A stretch of 20,311 nt of DNA from a candidate division WOR-3 bacterium (GTDB lineage: Bacteria; Hydrothermota; Tepidihabitantia; Tepidihabitantales; JAOUPE01). The stretch covers positions 1 through 20,311 of the forward strand of contig JBDRUX010000041.1 in assembly GCA_039801565.1 (NCBI GenBank), given 5' to 3'. Below the pieces are notes generated by a model. The model did not search any database. It was not told the origin of the DNA and saw only the letters and a program-made list of their open reading frames with translations. A program made the translations under genes and the position numbers. Shown here in pieces: positions 17,814-20,311 of the stretch. Numbering within the stretch: position 1 is the first letter of the stretch; each line of letters starts with the position of its first letter.

Positions 17814-18922
17814 ACCGGCTTTTCGAAGACCCGGTAACGCTTATAAACTTCGCCGCCTAATTCTCGGTCAAAATCGTTGATTAGCCGATTGTCTTCTAAG
17901 TTCCAGGATAGTTCGCACCATTCATAACCATACTGCCGAGCAAAACTTTCGGTCTCATAGAAAAGTAATACTGGCAGACCAAGCCGCCGATACTCTTCTT
18001 TGAAACCAAAAATAAGCGAGCGAATCCCTTTTATTCGCTTTCGGTAATATAAAAATTTAATGATACCAAATAAACCTAATTTGCCATTTAAGTGTTTTAA
18101 CACTTGATTATAGTCCGGTAAGGTTATTGATAAACCAGCCGGCTTTTGGTCGTAAAAGGCAAAAAGGACCATCTCGGGTTGGGCAATACTTTTAAGATTA
18201 TTGGCTAAATAGTTCATCTCATTATCGGTCATCGGTGAGAAACCCCAATTTTTCTGCCAGGATTCATTATAAAGTTCTCGAATTATCGCCATCTCGGATT
18301 TCAAATCTTTCATATTCACCGGTCGGACTGTAATTCTTGGATTCTTTTTAAGTTTCTCGGCAAGATTTCGGAATCGCTCCGGCATCGGGGTTGAAGCGTA
18401 TTTAATAAAGGCAAGAAGGTCTTTTGCCTTTTTAAAACCATAGTTCTCAGCTAATTTGAGATAGTAAGGTGGATTATACGGCATCATTATCACTGGTGGC
18501 CGGTCAAAACCTTCTAACAAAAATCCCCACTCATCATTGGAGGATGGACTCATTGGTCCACGCAAAACCGTCATTCCTTTACTTTTTACCCAATTTGCTA
18601 CCGCATCAAATAAGGCATTGGCAATTTCCTGATTGTTTTGACACTCAAAGAAACCGAAAGAGCCAAGTTTTTCACCCCAGAGATTATTGTAGTTATCATC
18701 AATTTGAGCACTGATTCGCCCAACAACTTCGTTATTCTGGTAAGCCAGAAATAGGGTACCCTTGGCATGTTCCCAAAATGGATGGTGTTTTTGGTCAAGC
18801 AGTTTAGCCACTTCCGCCTTTAAGGGTGGAACCCAATTTGGGTCATTGGCGTAGATTCGCCACGGCAAATCAATAAAGGTTTTTAATTGACTTTTGGTTT
18901 TTACTTCAATAACTTTAATCAA
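17810..18922 (-). CDS. YghO-like GNAT-family N-acyltransferase (candidate bacterial ceramide synthase family)
   Basis: WVPPL, GRISAQID, GFFEC, GPMSPSSNDEWGFLLEGF, MMPYNPPYY, NWGFSPMT, SWNLEDN; TTG start with GAGGT SD. Specific activity is inferred. Confidence 0.82.
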   Translation of the reverse strand: MIKVIEVKTKSQLKTFIDLPWRIYANDPNWVPPLKAEVAKLLDQKHHPFWEHAKGTLFLAYQNNEVVGRISAQIDDNYNNLWGEKLGSFGFFECQNNQEIANALFDAVANWVKSKGMTVLRGPMSPSSNDEWGFLLEGFDRPPVIMMPYNPPYYLKLAENYGFKKAKDLLAFIKYASTPMPERFRNLAEKLKKNPRITVRPVNMKDLKSEMAIIRELYNESWQKNWGFSPMTDNEMNYLANNLKSIAQPEMVLFAFYDQKPAGLSITLPDYNQVLKHLNGKLGLFGIIKFLYYRKRIKGIRSLIFGFKEEYRRLGLPVLLFYETESFARQYGYEWCELSWNLEDNRLINDFDRELGGEVYKRYRVFEKPV

Positions 18923-18977
18923 AATTTACCTCGTATTTGGCGAAGCCGATTCCGAAAGAAAAAAGGATTCCTTAAGA

Positions 18978-19026
18978 AATTCGACTTCGTCGAATTAATT
19001 TAACTTTAAAATTCAACCCTTGTCAA
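18978..19026 (-). promoter_or_regulatory. Candidate promoter and palindrome for the GNAT gene
   Basis: Minus TTGACA (19026-19021) with TAAATT 18 bp downstream; AATTCGAC-TTC-GTCGAATT palindrome (18978-18996) at the predicted start site. Confidence 0.45.
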
Positions 19027-19347
19027 GCCGATTTACCTCCCGCCAGCCAATCCAAAAGTTACTCTCCAAAAAATATAAGGTCAAAAATCGTTATGACTGC
19101 CCCAACACGCTTAAGCACTCTTCCTTATTCCACTCCGCGAATTAGAGAGTTGTCTACCCGATTTTGGTGTACCGGACCTCAAAAATCAAATAGATAAAAA
19201 TGGCTGCCGGTCTTAAATTTATTCTGAAGTCAAAGGGTCAATGGCAATGTGTCGAAAACTGGTTAAAGGTTCAAAATTGTTCAAGAGTTAAGGGTGTATC
19301 GATGGATAGTTTTGGGCTTAGTATGCTTTGCCTCAGGCCAATCAAAA

Positions 19348-19734
19348 TCAAGAAAAGCGATGGGGTAATAATTCGGATAGTTGATAGGTCTTGGTTCTGT
19401 CATTACGGTTGACAAGAATTATGGTTAAATCCTTAGTAATTTCGGTTAAGACCTGTAAGCAAGCCCCGCAAGGGAAAGTAAAATCTTTAGTCTTGGTATA
19501 GATTGCTATTGCCTTAAAAATCTTTTCACCTTCGGAAATCGCTTTAAAAATTGCTACCCTTTCGGCACAGACTGTTAGTCCATAAGAGATATTTTCAACA
19601 TTACAACCAGCAAAAATTCTATTAGATTTGGTTAATAGTGCTGCTCCAACCGGAAACTTCGAATACGGCGCATAGGCAAAACGACTGGCAAATTTTGCTG
19701 TCTTTATTAACTCACTTTTTTGCTGTTTATTCAC
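19348..19734 (-). CDS. cdd: Cytidine deaminase (small, tetrameric type)
   Basis: AYAPYSKFPVGAAL, GCNVEN, CAERVAI, PCGAC zinc motifs; AAGGAG before GTG. Confidence 0.96.
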   Translation of the reverse strand: MNKQQKSELIKTAKFASRFAYAPYSKFPVGAALLTKSNRIFAGCNVENISYGLTVCAERVAIFKAISEGEKIFKAIAIYTKTKDFTFPCGACLQVLTEITKDLTIILVNRNDRTKTYQLSELLPHRFS

Positions 19735-19781
19735 AATACTCCTTTCCCATTACAACCTAAAAGATCTATCTTTGAGCAACT

Positions 19782-20311
19782 TTAACTCAATTCTTTCAAA
19801 AAACTCTTGCCATTGGCTAAGCGCGGTATTTTTAAATATTCCGCTATTGTCTGACCCAAGTCAGCAAAGGTATCTCTTATACCCAAATTAACACCGGCTT
19901 TCAAACTTTTCGAATAGATTAATAATGGAACATACTCCCGGGAATGGTCGGTAGATGGTGTAGTTGGGTCATTGCCGTGGTCAGAAGTGATGGCTAATAA
20001 ATCATCGGTTTTGAGTTGAGCGATTATTTGTGGTAGCCGCGTATCAAATTCTTTCAATCCATTATAATAGGCTAAATAATCATTCCGATGTCCCCAATCC
20101 ATATCAAATTGAATCAGATTGGTAAAAATAAGTCCTTCCCCGTTTTCCTTTAAGGCATTTAGGGTTAAGTCGATACATTCTTGATTATTGACCGAATGAT
20201 AGGCTTTGGTATAGCCCCGCTGGGCAAAGAGTTCGTCAACCTTACCGATAACAATTACTGGATAGCCATTCTCCTTGGCAATATCTAATAGGGTTGGTAT
20301 TGGTGGTTCTA
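19782..20311 (-). CDS. deoB: Phosphopentomutase, C-terminal part (5' end outside window)
   Basis: Frame open to window edge: PTLLD..IGKVDELF..FTNLIQFDMDWGHRND..ITSDHGNDPTTPSTDHSREYVPLL..RDTFADLGQT. Confidence 0.95.
   Translation of the reverse strand, partial: EPPIPTLLDIAKENGYPVIVIGKVDELFAQRGYTKAYHSVNNQECIDLTLNALKENGEGLIFTNLIQFDMDWGHRNDYLAYYNGLKEFDTRLPQIIAQLKTDDLLAITSDHGNDPTTPSTDHSREYVPLLIYSKSLKAGVNLGIRDTFADLGQTIAEYLKIPRLANGKSFLKELS

Noticed and set aside
19027..19347. Gene or ncRNA between the GNAT gene and cdd (ORF 19200-19412)
   Set aside because: No motif, SD or convincing fold; the ORF overlaps cdd antisense.

Overview
Bacterial chromosomal window from a diderm organism (outer-membrane barrel, TonB-dependent receptor and DUF4249-like lipoprotein suggest an FCB-group or similar lineage; inference only). 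Housekeeping genes flank both sides: clpB, holA, leuS and guaA on the left (+); a YghO-like GNAT acyltransferase, cdd and a 5'-truncated deoB on the right (-). Between them is an ~8.9 kb accessory block (8911-17813) bracketed by two near-exact copies of the ends of the EamA/DMT gene in its middle: a 38-bp copy of 5' coding sequence on the left and a 73-bp copy of the 3' end on the right. The left part holds a DUF4249-like lipoprotein convergent with a TonB-dependent receptor, a small beta-barrel OMP with a structured leader containing a tRNA-like T-arm, a stranded 3' end of a second OMP paralog, and a broken IS481-like transposase. The right part holds a decayed IS256-family element with both IRs and an 8-bp TSD, apparently inserted in a promoter spacer, and a GT2-polysaccharide deacetylase fusion. 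Other oddities: LeuRS has VMSSS in place of KMSKS, two degenerate 12-bp-period tracts, and 7-bp-period repeats, one inside leuS. No integrase, rRNA, complete tRNA or CRISPR array was seen. All family calls are by motif recognition, with no database searches.
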